Assembly: GCA_049517335.1 (NCBI GenBank)
Contig: JBEKSD010000011.1
Coordinates: 1 to 64,000, forward strand
Length of the DNA stretch: 64,000 nt
Reading direction: 5' to 3'
Source of the DNA: Candidatus Omnitrophota bacterium
GTDB taxonomy: Bacteria > Omnitrophota > Gorgyraeia > Gygaellales > Profunditerraquicolaceae
The position numbers and the translations under genes were made by a program. Below, one piece after another: positions 20,001 to 26,066 of this stretch (position 1 is its first letter; the number at the start of each line of letters is the position of its first letter). The notes below the pieces were generated by a model that worked only from the letters and a program-made list of their open reading frames with translations, made no database searches and was not told the origin of the DNA.

Positions 20001-23000
20001 GCGCAATGGGTGGCAGAAATTGTGTTTAGATTGGTTAAAGATATGACACCAAAGACACGACAAACTTCAGCAATTATTACCACTCAAAAGAACAATGAAC
20101 TACCACTGCCTATATGGGAATATACAGTTGAATGGGACAAAGATTATTACCCTGTTTTGTCTCCGGCATCTTACCAGGTAGGGCCCTTATCCTCTGAAGC
20201 CTTAAAAGATCTAACGGATGTTCTTAAAAAATTGACAGACGTTTATCCAGTTAGAGGCGAAGATAAAATAAGAACTATAAAGATAGTAGCCGGTAATGAT
20301 AGATTAGCAACTATTAATCGGGAAAAGGGAGAAATCGTCCTGGATATAAATGTATTTGCTTCCAAAGAATTATTGCTGATGGAGGTTGAACATGAATTAC
20401 TGCATTTGCATTTACCGTCTGGTCAAATAAAACAAGATGTTAAGAATGCAGTTATAGAAGAGTTTATAATCTTGTTATTTGAAATATCCCGTTTCCTCAA
20501 GTTCGATAATGAACAGCAACTTAGAGTACTCGTCATATTAAAGGATGATCCTCATTTAGACGATAAGGAGTTTTATAGGATATTATCAAAAGCTAAATCG
20601 GATGGTTTGGTTTCTGTTTTGGATGATGTTACAAGATATATGAAACAAGAAGGGGTGTATCCGCCAGAATTTGTGGAATACTTAAAAGATAAAAATGGCA
20701 GAGATATCTTTAAGGATATGGATCGAGATTTACATATGTGCAAGTTTTGTTTAGCAAATATTTTCTTGGATAGAAAGGTAATAGGAGAAATAGGTATAAA
20801 TATCATGCCAATTATTTTCAATATTATTTATGGCTATGCCGAGATGAATACTGATATCTATACTAATCCGCTTTTCAATCCTGATACTTCAAAAATGCTT
20901 GTTGAAACATTTGGTACCGAATCTCTATTGGCAGATTTGGTAAAGATCACTCCTCGGTTACTCGACTTTGATAAGGAATTCACTGGTGAGTATACCAACG
21001 CTTCTGGTTTGCCAAAAGCGATGATATTCGACTTGGATAGGACGCTTTCGCGGACGCTAAGGGTTGTGCCTACCGAGATTCTTGAGCAGATTAAGGGATT
21101 CTTAAAAGCAAGAGTTAAAGTTGCGATTATTACTGCTCAAAGCCTTGAGGAGGTAAAAACTTATTTTATAGAACCTTTATATAAGCTCCTTAAAGATTCA
21201 GGGGAACCAGAAGGATTGTTAAGCAATCTCTATGTTGGTACTTCAGAGGGTAGTCAGTTGTGGCAATTCTTTACTCAGGGGCAATTCAAAGAAGTCATAT
21301 TAGATGATGCAACAGAAGCTCCTTTTGATACGGCAGAGCATAAAAAAGAACTGCATAAGATTGTAAGAGATGCAATCAGAGAGGTAATAAGGCCAAAAGG
21401 TGATATTCCTATTGTTGGACCTATCTTAATTCAGGCGCCGGGCATTACCTTTATTCATAATAGAGATTATTCCCTTTCTTTGGGTATACGGGAAAAAATC
21501 TCACCGGATCAAAGGAGTGAATTAATAAAGGCAATCAAGCGCAAAATCCCTGCAAACTGGCAGATAGATATTTTGGTCTCTGGAGGAGGGACTATACACA
21601 TAGTTTCCAAAGGGGTTGATAAGTCAACAGCTGTTGGAATGTTCAGGAACTATCTTTCTCCAGACATTAAGCCACAGCAAATTCTTATTATCGGTGATGA
21701 CTTTGGCCCCGGAGGACTAGACCGCAAAATGATTATCCCCGGAGCAAAGATATATTCCGTAGGAGCTAAACACAATATTCCTCCGGAAGTAGAGTTTTAC
21801 GGAGATGGCGGAGAACATGGCTGGCAACGTAGCATGCATTTATTTGTTAATAGAATCAAATCAGATTTCGCAGGTGCAGCAAAAGGAAGAGGTATGTTCA
21901 GCCCTGATGAACATATAGACGTCAATGAAGTTATTATGGCAGCCCAAAGAGAGCATAGAGGTAGCCTTATTTGGGGCGATGCCTCAGGCTGGCAGGATAA
22001 TCGCGCAAAATACGCTCAAGATATTGCCTGGGTAATATCTTCTTTAAAGAGGTATCCAGAAATTAAGATTACCGGATTAGGCAAGATTGATATCCCGGAG
22101 GTGCTTTCAACATCAAATATTGTTTTGATAGTCCCGCACAATAACTCTCCCCCAGGCCTCTTGGTAAATAGCGAAAACGCCTATCAGATCGCGCACAACG
22201 GACTTTCAAGGAATTCAATCTACATTGATGAGGTTAGTTACAGCCAGTTATATACTTTTGAAGTTGCGGTCTTGCTTGCCCACGAAGCAATTCTTTTGGG
22301 CGCAAAGAAACTCGCCGCAAGAAAAGGCATTCCTTGGACAGAACAGCTGGCCAGGGACGTTTCCCAATTAGCTGAAGATTATGAAATCAAAATTGTCGGA
22401 AGAAGCGAAAAAGGCAAGGGAAGCCGTTTTGACGAAAGAATCGAAGAAATATTAGAGCTTAATAAACCAAAACCGAAGCAGGCAAGACCAATTGAAGAAC
22501 CGCCTGCATATGAGCCGGAGGAAAAGCCTCAGCCAACTATTCCCCCGCAGCCAGAACCTAAACTTCAGAAGAAACCGCAGCCTACTAATAATAATTTTTC
22601 TCTTGATTTTCCTGACACAAAAGACAGTGTTATAGACGGCTTAAGGAAATTATTCTTCGACAGTATGTTTAGGGATACAACAAATCTGCCGGTTCCGATA
22701 GGCGATTTTCCGCCTCCAATGGCGCGGGAAATCAAGCAATCCTACGACCTAAATAAAGTCAAAGGGTTACCGCTGGATCCTGATTTCTTGGTTGCGCTTA
22801 CAGTGTTTTTCTCACGCATATTCCCTAACCATGCTAATGACCTGATAAATTATTTAAGGTCTTTGAACATATATATCATTGATAACGGAAACTCAACCTT
22901 TGGCGCAACCCTTAGCAGAAATACTTTCTATATTCAGAGGTCCTGCCTTGAGGATTTATTAGGAAGACCCGTTAGCGTTGAAGAGATAAAACAGGGTATC

Positions 23001-24248
23001 AAAAACCGCGATAAACAAATCTTGGTTGCCTTATTTAGGATTATTGTCCATGAGATAGGTTCCGCATTCTTTAAGCTGTCTCATCCTGCGGATCAGGATT
23101 TGGAGAGATTATTCTTGGCTTTATTGTCTAAAACCACAGTACCCTTGCCTCCAGGCACCGAGCAGGAATTTAGAACTATTAACAGCAGTGTTAATTTGGA
23201 TAGCTTACCCAGAATTGACTGGGCAAGCAAAAAGCTTAAGCCCACGGATTTAATGCGGGAAGAGATTAGATTAACCCGGGATGATATGACTGGTTTGGTA
23301 AAAGAGATAAATTCCAAGCTCATTAATTCTTTATACAGCCCGAACCAGCAGGTAAGAAATAATGCAGCTATTTCTTTGGTGAAATTCGGAGCAACGGAAG
23401 CACTGCCTTTCTTAAGGCTGTTTCTTGAAAAAGAACCGGATAACAAGATAGTCAGTGATGCTATAGCAGCCCTTGAGGTCAGACTTAACAATGAGAACGC
23501 CGAGATACTTAAGATAAAGACAGCCGATCCTTTTGCGCCAGCTCTGTTCAGCGTTGACGAGAATAATGATTTAGTTCTGGGCAACAGCGCAATACAGGCT
23601 ATTAATATGCTCTGTATAGGTTATGACGGGATGACTCTGGAAATCGATGTTGATACACTCATTGATACCTCTAAAGGCGCGCCTCAGTTAAAAGGCCTCG
23701 GCTTTAGAGAAGCGCTTGCCTCATTGTATCAGGCGCAGGAAAAGAAGCAGATTCCTGAAAATATACACGTCCGGCTTATCAATATTGATCCCGCATTGAA
23801 TAGAGATAAGATTGTCAAAGTTTTGGGCTTAACTGATGACCTGCTTAAGAGTTTAGTTACTATCCCGGATATCCCTCAGGATTACATTATTAAGAGCCTT
23901 GAGCCGTATTTAATCGCAGGCTCAATCAGAATCATCTTTGAAGATAATGTCAGGTATTGGGGCAAGAAGGTTGATGTTTTAGTTAAGCGCGGAGAGGAGA
24001 CTAAAACTCTCTCAAGCTTAGGCTTGATTGTTGCAAGCCTTGCCAAGGAACCCAAGTTCTACGAGCAGCTGCCTAAGGAGCTAAAGGAATACATTGTCGC
24101 CAAGACTGATGAGACCGGTAAAGTTCAGCTGGATGACGAAGGAAAGATAAAAGAGCTTATCTTTAAGCCGATTGAAAAGTCAAAGGTGGATACGCAGTAT
24201 CTGGACAAATTAGACAAGGCAAATAAAGAATTAGAAGGCATGGTGTAA
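11037..24248 (+). CDS. Giant multidomain protein, C-terminal part (4403 aa)
   Basis: Continues the 92-aa repeat; duplicated DCT domain; long coiled coils; M28-like peptidase (NAHMD, GALDD, MEE, YHS); HELLH; HAD domain (FDLDRTL, GVDKS, IGDD); HEAT-like repeat. Confidence 0.85.
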   Translation: MKDIVLEILKDIDSLANLPYRKSDFVWWLTMCINFEPQVWGAGTKQVLAGYQELKTYIIKRRELSARFTTNPEEEKRLTAAWDSLDKIANFSKPATISLLNNTLNKISEFVTNPREFVFWIGTMSELNQEALEAFCRDITTTFDYYKSKGKTRDFNHLPAVLNQYYKIYHQTVLITPELLDILTDSQLEVDKRIEKIYQYLATQKIVKLGAPPNLVGLVDSVSFDELFRAVEDEDTIRNIIQYYEPVKRAASKMGRDGVYSYFESQKPAFYRHFLEEAKGLKPGFNQPGEKFRVSYKNHSVAFTKEEESQLTPIPDNVQALRQLIQYLRMEWPNLYDNFIEPKRELIKGRPLEEFVTSDTVSKMAQQLLSKVQGWQFSEQQRNVFIIKIIEVLSFQGTADLRARINNATDDFSRLRLVVQYWERVLKLALEHKWLQENSKYFKEPAKVVKQRLSSINNKLGDGGEGILQFYLSGGTLADFFKGWVSNDCTKNTDGDHAHFPDTQAFVMDPACFLFKVIERNKWVANIYTFAFKDKNGKFYLYIDMFQLNLQHEITKSNQDKEEWRVEFCSRFLKELIGYLGSLGFDYLVVSTNPAQHRIGPDILTAVKRQYGKQSPETISLRKMGGTEFFSEAGVGEEFLWTLNGNLISNDFQDVTGYKIEIDKTTPQVLQLKQSELDHLEKLLGEMSSEETRLASLAKERREELSHLNRKGQEAANTGKNALASQFKNASDQKTTEVQKIEYELNELRIRVREKKDELEHLAVELGLRRGSSPLLGGRLASIIPVTLLSGFLFANKAQAQDFSSGDWFYNPLTPLVFVAGVAGFVGLVCYILYKLFPQKPERDTYYEREYFPRPAFQEYRLPDDLKTQLSQVLDKLSPEARGLLPNSIDVRIPFEVGISRAQAVKALGLLYSNLIKHGSILDFFKDKDFYRSFKQKAKELELADDFDQPKGKSYFFTVPKEKIRYEEDRRAEEFITQYLTKIRKKQVSNTEETLERIHQERSRLLRKEMYRGATQTDLYAYYQLLLSYATLESKAKLDEVDDLLSEKNYLGALSVLEEFFRIDIGGELISLEENVRLKDALNKVLQTELEDIRWQFNRSAAFQTNKQQIIRETNDIQFELRLSERTADDVLRGVASGDCTSINGSAFYNTIPQFMFDPGLLVFKVIQDDKWVGNVYTIVAEKDGNPVLIMDAVQLPVWGRSWPVSVKELSDKVLEKVVEYANSQGFAQVLMSSFVSNFNAIHDHFDQKYPATAQEIEKASGFEHLKALGLWDNYAARNEYLETFSPHWNYSLKRVDPNNPKQTLLLRTIWQRNAPEEPQEIQPSDSGETAVLDRAKEEQKPASAQDNLASSPSQTNPQSVKKNTPKQGHAFRNFCTGILLAAALLLSSGCATAFNSRIGPIAIHSRTEVTLSEPKPHEAPLSISGSVELGEKTKKKEASKTAEVKKYSQGAELLTSGSARLGPLTGDINPKVGVSEVPEGEAPISIGAKASIGEKVKQNKADTEGVELATEAKVRLGPLTAQADPKVGLSDVPEGQKPVDLKGDIKVQEVKEEPVLQQDVQPESQAPDTAQIIAQINEQIKSIQAELEKLRQADSDLKIEVSDLMAKLIDAQKQIEQLKTSPKAPEEVTQLEEKKSDYERQIANLELQQKQAQKELDRILAEKAKAGQEVRQLQNQAPHMQQKVESLHTEINQLETQKKQGAESVTQLQSQKTGLETNVNQLTQDKSKLEQELTGLRQQIGQAKAVLEEAKVKSEPTFKNIWFSLPWQEKLGIILLSLTGIGILVGGVILWKRWSRFKNLSDRVKELQQKADDLERQLSTQRKEKEDLTKEIEQQKTKTLDLEAERNRQADELKRITEQLAALKEEHERIQAELIQVKEAKDKTTEELQAKIAELKSQIAQKESEIVSLSFKEEIAPSVPAPQEISQKLSDAEIDRAVELLRALPSREMQRLLRSQKIDVRERIRFLHDELGLDIANGHGRSLLFRNPDTLRNQKVFLESLGLPLTVTNLASSKRGFAKKELNQIIKQTAWNEEWQVLTNEEKLSVVSHLYDIYGLRVSWLLRDNDWYQLLHAFGLPGEPINYTPRSIDFIQRYELSRFQKFHNTAQTKYRLSKIKEVIKILDLKVINLLDVKTTPEGFEIFVVKPEVREGKVDYQKEHYPLPDTDFIPPESAGEQPEDIAALEPQETILTPQLEEKASHLKEEIASLEKTIAGLEEEKKQKTAQLEKQIQDLTQQKEKLVQEITQLENDLQAKQQAMSLSITQEEDRINKLQEEKLGYEQAVQDLKQKIDAYQQELKALEQQKDKARQELEALQDTSAARAQIETLNKEQQQIEENLRKIKAELVDLTARKKQLEENISAYQGTRDKLQEETAVLNKKIEELNQSIHSLEAEKDALAKQENERAAQIKATQLNQEIEGLTRQKEELSRQNATLENEIKTKQNELALSIREAETQANKIKEEIAGLTQELAVLREEREKLRTETAGLKGYQQDVESKKQELLSLDKEKQALQEEIRSLEAQKTALKEGFDKAQQELEAVKQRLEEQKTSQAQLSQQALTAEQQKLQEQLDTQRQSIQAQMNALEQEFNKQRQEHLATLLKLEEEKNKSKHELDDLLAQKDKAINEMNKLNVALEDLKKTEASYKKAIGYWKFQIELLKEDIVELKEEKEQLAREVETLKKAKEAAPEIEELIEEVRIVSEEVDALLGIIGPQDNTSIYSAVIDKVKATLGNLNYEIKEEPLSGDSRRKNIIVKIPASIGMEHLPKIILNAHMDAYYEHGYTVNSLKGNRRSGGALDDRAGVVAILSALNLIKERFVRQNLAHGPIVLIFTDMEEKGAVGAKDLVSKYNSGSRGATESLFDNTRIAIVLDGPILWMTDVDIRSLNNVEMKNPFVIAKLLNIGKNDKEYRIVNDSVGLVNFRDFSRPRYADKDGEGDHRAFADAYDKKLKRKVPVINIRSPYNDIDENGTIQYHSPNEKVDIENELVPVAQWVAEIVFRLVKDMTPKTRQTSAIITTQKNNELPLPIWEYTVEWDKDYYPVLSPASYQVGPLSSEALKDLTDVLKKLTDVYPVRGEDKIRTIKIVAGNDRLATINREKGEIVLDINVFASKELLLMEVEHELLHLHLPSGQIKQDVKNAVIEEFIILLFEISRFLKFDNEQQLRVLVILKDDPHLDDKEFYRILSKAKSDGLVSVLDDVTRYMKQEGVYPPEFVEYLKDKNGRDIFKDMDRDLHMCKFCLANIFLDRKVIGEIGINIMPIIFNIIYGYAEMNTDIYTNPLFNPDTSKMLVETFGTESLLADLVKITPRLLDFDKEFTGEYTNASGLPKAMIFDLDRTLSRTLRVVPTEILEQIKGFLKARVKVAIITAQSLEEVKTYFIEPLYKLLKDSGEPEGLLSNLYVGTSEGSQLWQFFTQGQFKEVILDDATEAPFDTAEHKKELHKIVRDAIREVIRPKGDIPIVGPILIQAPGITFIHNRDYSLSLGIREKISPDQRSELIKAIKRKIPANWQIDILVSGGGTIHIVSKGVDKSTAVGMFRNYLSPDIKPQQILIIGDDFGPGGLDRKMIIPGAKIYSVGAKHNIPPEVEFYGDGGEHGWQRSMHLFVNRIKSDFAGAAKGRGMFSPDEHIDVNEVIMAAQREHRGSLIWGDASGWQDNRAKYAQDIAWVISSLKRYPEIKITGLGKIDIPEVLSTSNIVLIVPHNNSPPGLLVNSENAYQIAHNGLSRNSIYIDEVSYSQLYTFEVAVLLAHEAILLGAKKLAARKGIPWTEQLARDVSQLAEDYEIKIVGRSEKGKGSRFDERIEEILELNKPKPKQARPIEEPPAYEPEEKPQPTIPPQPEPKLQKKPQPTNNNFSLDFPDTKDSVIDGLRKLFFDSMFRDTTNLPVPIGDFPPPMAREIKQSYDLNKVKGLPLDPDFLVALTVFFSRIFPNHANDLINYLRSLNIYIIDNGNSTFGATLSRNTFYIQRSCLEDLLGRPVSVEEIKQGIKNRDKQILVALFRIIVHEIGSAFFKLSHPADQDLERLFLALLSKTTVPLPPGTEQEFRTINSSVNLDSLPRIDWASKKLKPTDLMREEIRLTRDDMTGLVKEINSKLINSLYSPNQQVRNNAAISLVKFGATEALPFLRLFLEKEPDNKIVSDAIAALEVRLNNENAEILKIKTADPFAPALFSVDENNDLVLGNSAIQAINMLCIGYDGMTLEIDVDTLIDTSKGAPQLKGLGFREALASLYQAQEKKQIPENIHVRLINIDPALNRDKIVKVLGLTDDLLKSLVTIPDIPQDYIIKSLEPYLIAGSIRIIFEDNVRYWGKKVDVLVKRGEETKTLSSLGLIVASLAKEPKFYEQLPKELKEYIVAKTDETGKVQLDDEGKIKELIFKPIEKSKVDTQYLDKLDKANKELEGMV

Positions 24249-24249
24249 G

Positions 24250-25515
24250 GTGAAGAGGGTAATAGCGATTATGATTACAAGCGCTTTATTGCTATTCTTC
24301 AATGTCTCCAAAGGAGAAACAGATCCTGAGGCAATAAGCGCAGTGCAGCTTACTTCCCTGGCTGTTGATACCCAGGCAGGCCTGAATCATTTAAGGCTTA
24401 CTGTCAAAGCCAGGAGAGCCGGAAACTTTGAAGGAATAGTGGATATAAATAAAGCAGCGCAGAAGTCCTTGGAGCATTTCTTCATAAGTTTAACCATGCA
24501 CGATGATGCTTTCTGGGTCAACTTAAATCCTGATGAGCCGGATAGGATCATAAATTCAAATCTCGCTAATACTGACCTGGGTAGGATTATGCTTAATGCG
24601 GATTATAGGCTAAAAGAGGATGTGGCTGGCATCATTAACCCACAAACTTCCCAGATTGGAAAGGAATTTTGGAGAAGGCTTTATCAAAAGGCAGAAGAGT
24701 TGGGTGCAGCAGACAGGATACCTTTAGTTACCAGGCTTTGGATTATGCCTGATTTAGCTCAAGTCTATGAAAAACAAAACCAGCTCTACATCAGAAAGAG
24801 CAGCCTTAAAGTTCAGCTTGAGCCTGCCTATGTCTCCCAGAGAATAACTTTTAAGGATTCAAGAGAAAAAGAACTGCAGGATTTTACTTCAGAGCTTATA
24901 GAGGAATTAGTTTTACCGCAGCTAAATAAAAAGATAAACGAAGCTTACGGCTATGCTGACCTAAGAGATGTCTACAACGCTCTTATTTTAGCCCATTGGT
25001 ATAAGGAAAAATTCGGTTCAGGTTATAATTCGCTCCTTCAAACGGTGAACTATAAGGTCCTTGATGACGTAGAAACAGACTACACTTCAACTCCCAATGA
25101 AATCTATCAAAGCTATCTTAAATCCATTAAGGAAGGACAGTATTCATTCAGCGATACCGAAACCCTTGGCAGCCCCTTTGGCATGATTATTACTACCAGA
25201 CATTATTTTAGCGGAGGAGTTGATCTAAGAGGTATCCATTTGACACAATCTTCCAGCAGCCCTGTAGAAGAAACCGCTAAAGGCGATGTCTTATACACCT
25301 GTGATCTGCTTATGCCGAGAAATGTCGAAAGGCCTTTACAGTATGCAAAAAATGAGCTTACCGTGACAAGAGGAGTTAATGTTCAGGATAATCTTTCTAC
25401 TATAATGTTGGCACGCAGCCTTCCAGCAATAACGCCGGTGCGCGTTTCTGACCAGAATATGCAGAGCTTAACCGTAATAAACAGGACAGAGAGAGTGTTG
25501 TTAAGCAAGCTTTAA
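24250..25515 (+). CDS. Exported protein with FWVNL/GRxxL domain (paralog of the 26067 gene)
   Basis: GTG start 1 nt after the giant-gene stop; signal peptide; AFWVNLNPD...TDLGRIML...YFSGGVDL. Confidence 0.8.
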   Translation: MKRVIAIMITSALLLFFNVSKGETDPEAISAVQLTSLAVDTQAGLNHLRLTVKARRAGNFEGIVDINKAAQKSLEHFFISLTMHDDAFWVNLNPDEPDRIINSNLANTDLGRIMLNADYRLKEDVAGIINPQTSQIGKEFWRRLYQKAEELGAADRIPLVTRLWIMPDLAQVYEKQNQLYIRKSSLKVQLEPAYVSQRITFKDSREKELQDFTSELIEELVLPQLNKKINEAYGYADLRDVYNALILAHWYKEKFGSGYNSLLQTVNYKVLDDVETDYTSTPNEIYQSYLKSIKEGQYSFSDTETLGSPFGMIITTRHYFSGGVDLRGIHLTQSSSSPVEETAKGDVLYTCDLLMPRNVERPLQYAKNELTVTRGVNVQDNLSTIMLARSLPAITPVRVSDQNMQSLTVINRTERVLLSKL

Positions 25516-25536
25516 CCAAAAGAAGGAGGGAGTCAA

Positions 25537-25776
25537 ATGTACGGAGATTACAAAGTATTGCCAGTTGCATCGAAAGTATTTAAGGTCTTAGCCTACATAG
25601 GTGCGGTTTTGGGTGTGATCAGCGCTTTGATTATCTTTGCCGGCATGGGAACGCCTGAAACCCCGCGCTGGATGGGATTGGTTACATTGATAGTCGGCGC
25701 AGTCTATTTTTTCATCTTCACTGTGGCAGGTGAGATAGTGGATTTACTGTTGGATATGAATGCAAGGATAAAATAA
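25537..25776 (+). CDS. Small membrane protein (2 TM)
   Basis: Strong RBS AAGGAGG; two hydrophobic helices. Confidence 0.75.
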   Translation: MYGDYKVLPVASKVFKVLAYIGAVLGVISALIIFAGMGTPETPRWMGLVTLIVGAVYFFIFTVAGEIVDLLLDMNARIK

Positions 25777-25839
25777 CAAAAGAAGGGAGATAAGATAGAT
25801 TCCCCACCAGCCACGGGGAAGCCGGTGCCAACATCCGGT

Positions 25840-25878
25840 AAAGTCCCGGAGGACGTAGTATGTCTTCCGGGACTTTTT
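25840..25878 (+). terminator. Intrinsic terminator
   Basis: AAGTCCCGGAGGAC-loop-GTCTTCCGGGACTT plus T-tract. Confidence 0.8.
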
Positions 25879-25892
25879 AGTAGCATCTTCCC

Positions 25893-25921
25893 TTGACCGT
25901 ATCCTACCTATATGTTATATT
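25893..25921 (+). promoter_or_regulatory. Sigma70-type promoter
   Basis: TTGACC-17 bp-TATATT with TG extension. Confidence 0.6.
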
Positions 25922-25990
25922 TATGTCGTTAACAATCTCTCGTAAAGCCATATTAAAAATCCGGTAGTCCTAGTATAGGAGGTAGCTGGG

Positions 25991-26045
25991 ATTGCCACGG
26001 AAATATGTAAGCCGGATTGATGAAAAGGGTCAGTCCGGATTTTTT
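25991..26045 (+). promoter_or_regulatory. Attenuator-like leader (ATTGCCACGGA plus terminator)
   Basis: CCGGATTGA...TCAGTCCGG plus T-tract, between the promoter and ATG 26067. Confidence 0.55.
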
Positions 26046-26066
26046 GTTTTTAATTGCCTTAAATCT

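Noticed and set aside
4008-23584. Short antisense ORFs within the giant genes, and similar ones over cargo genes
   Set aside because: Shadow ORFs opposite long coding frames, with no recognisable motifs
25944-25997. Second GEMM riboswitch (GGTAGCTGGGATTGCC resembles a P3 end)
   Set aside because: No P2 with a GNRA tetraloop and no GCAAAC motif
25992-26066. TTG start of the 901-aa ORF
   Set aside because: It lies within the leader and terminator; the signal peptide begins at ATG 26067
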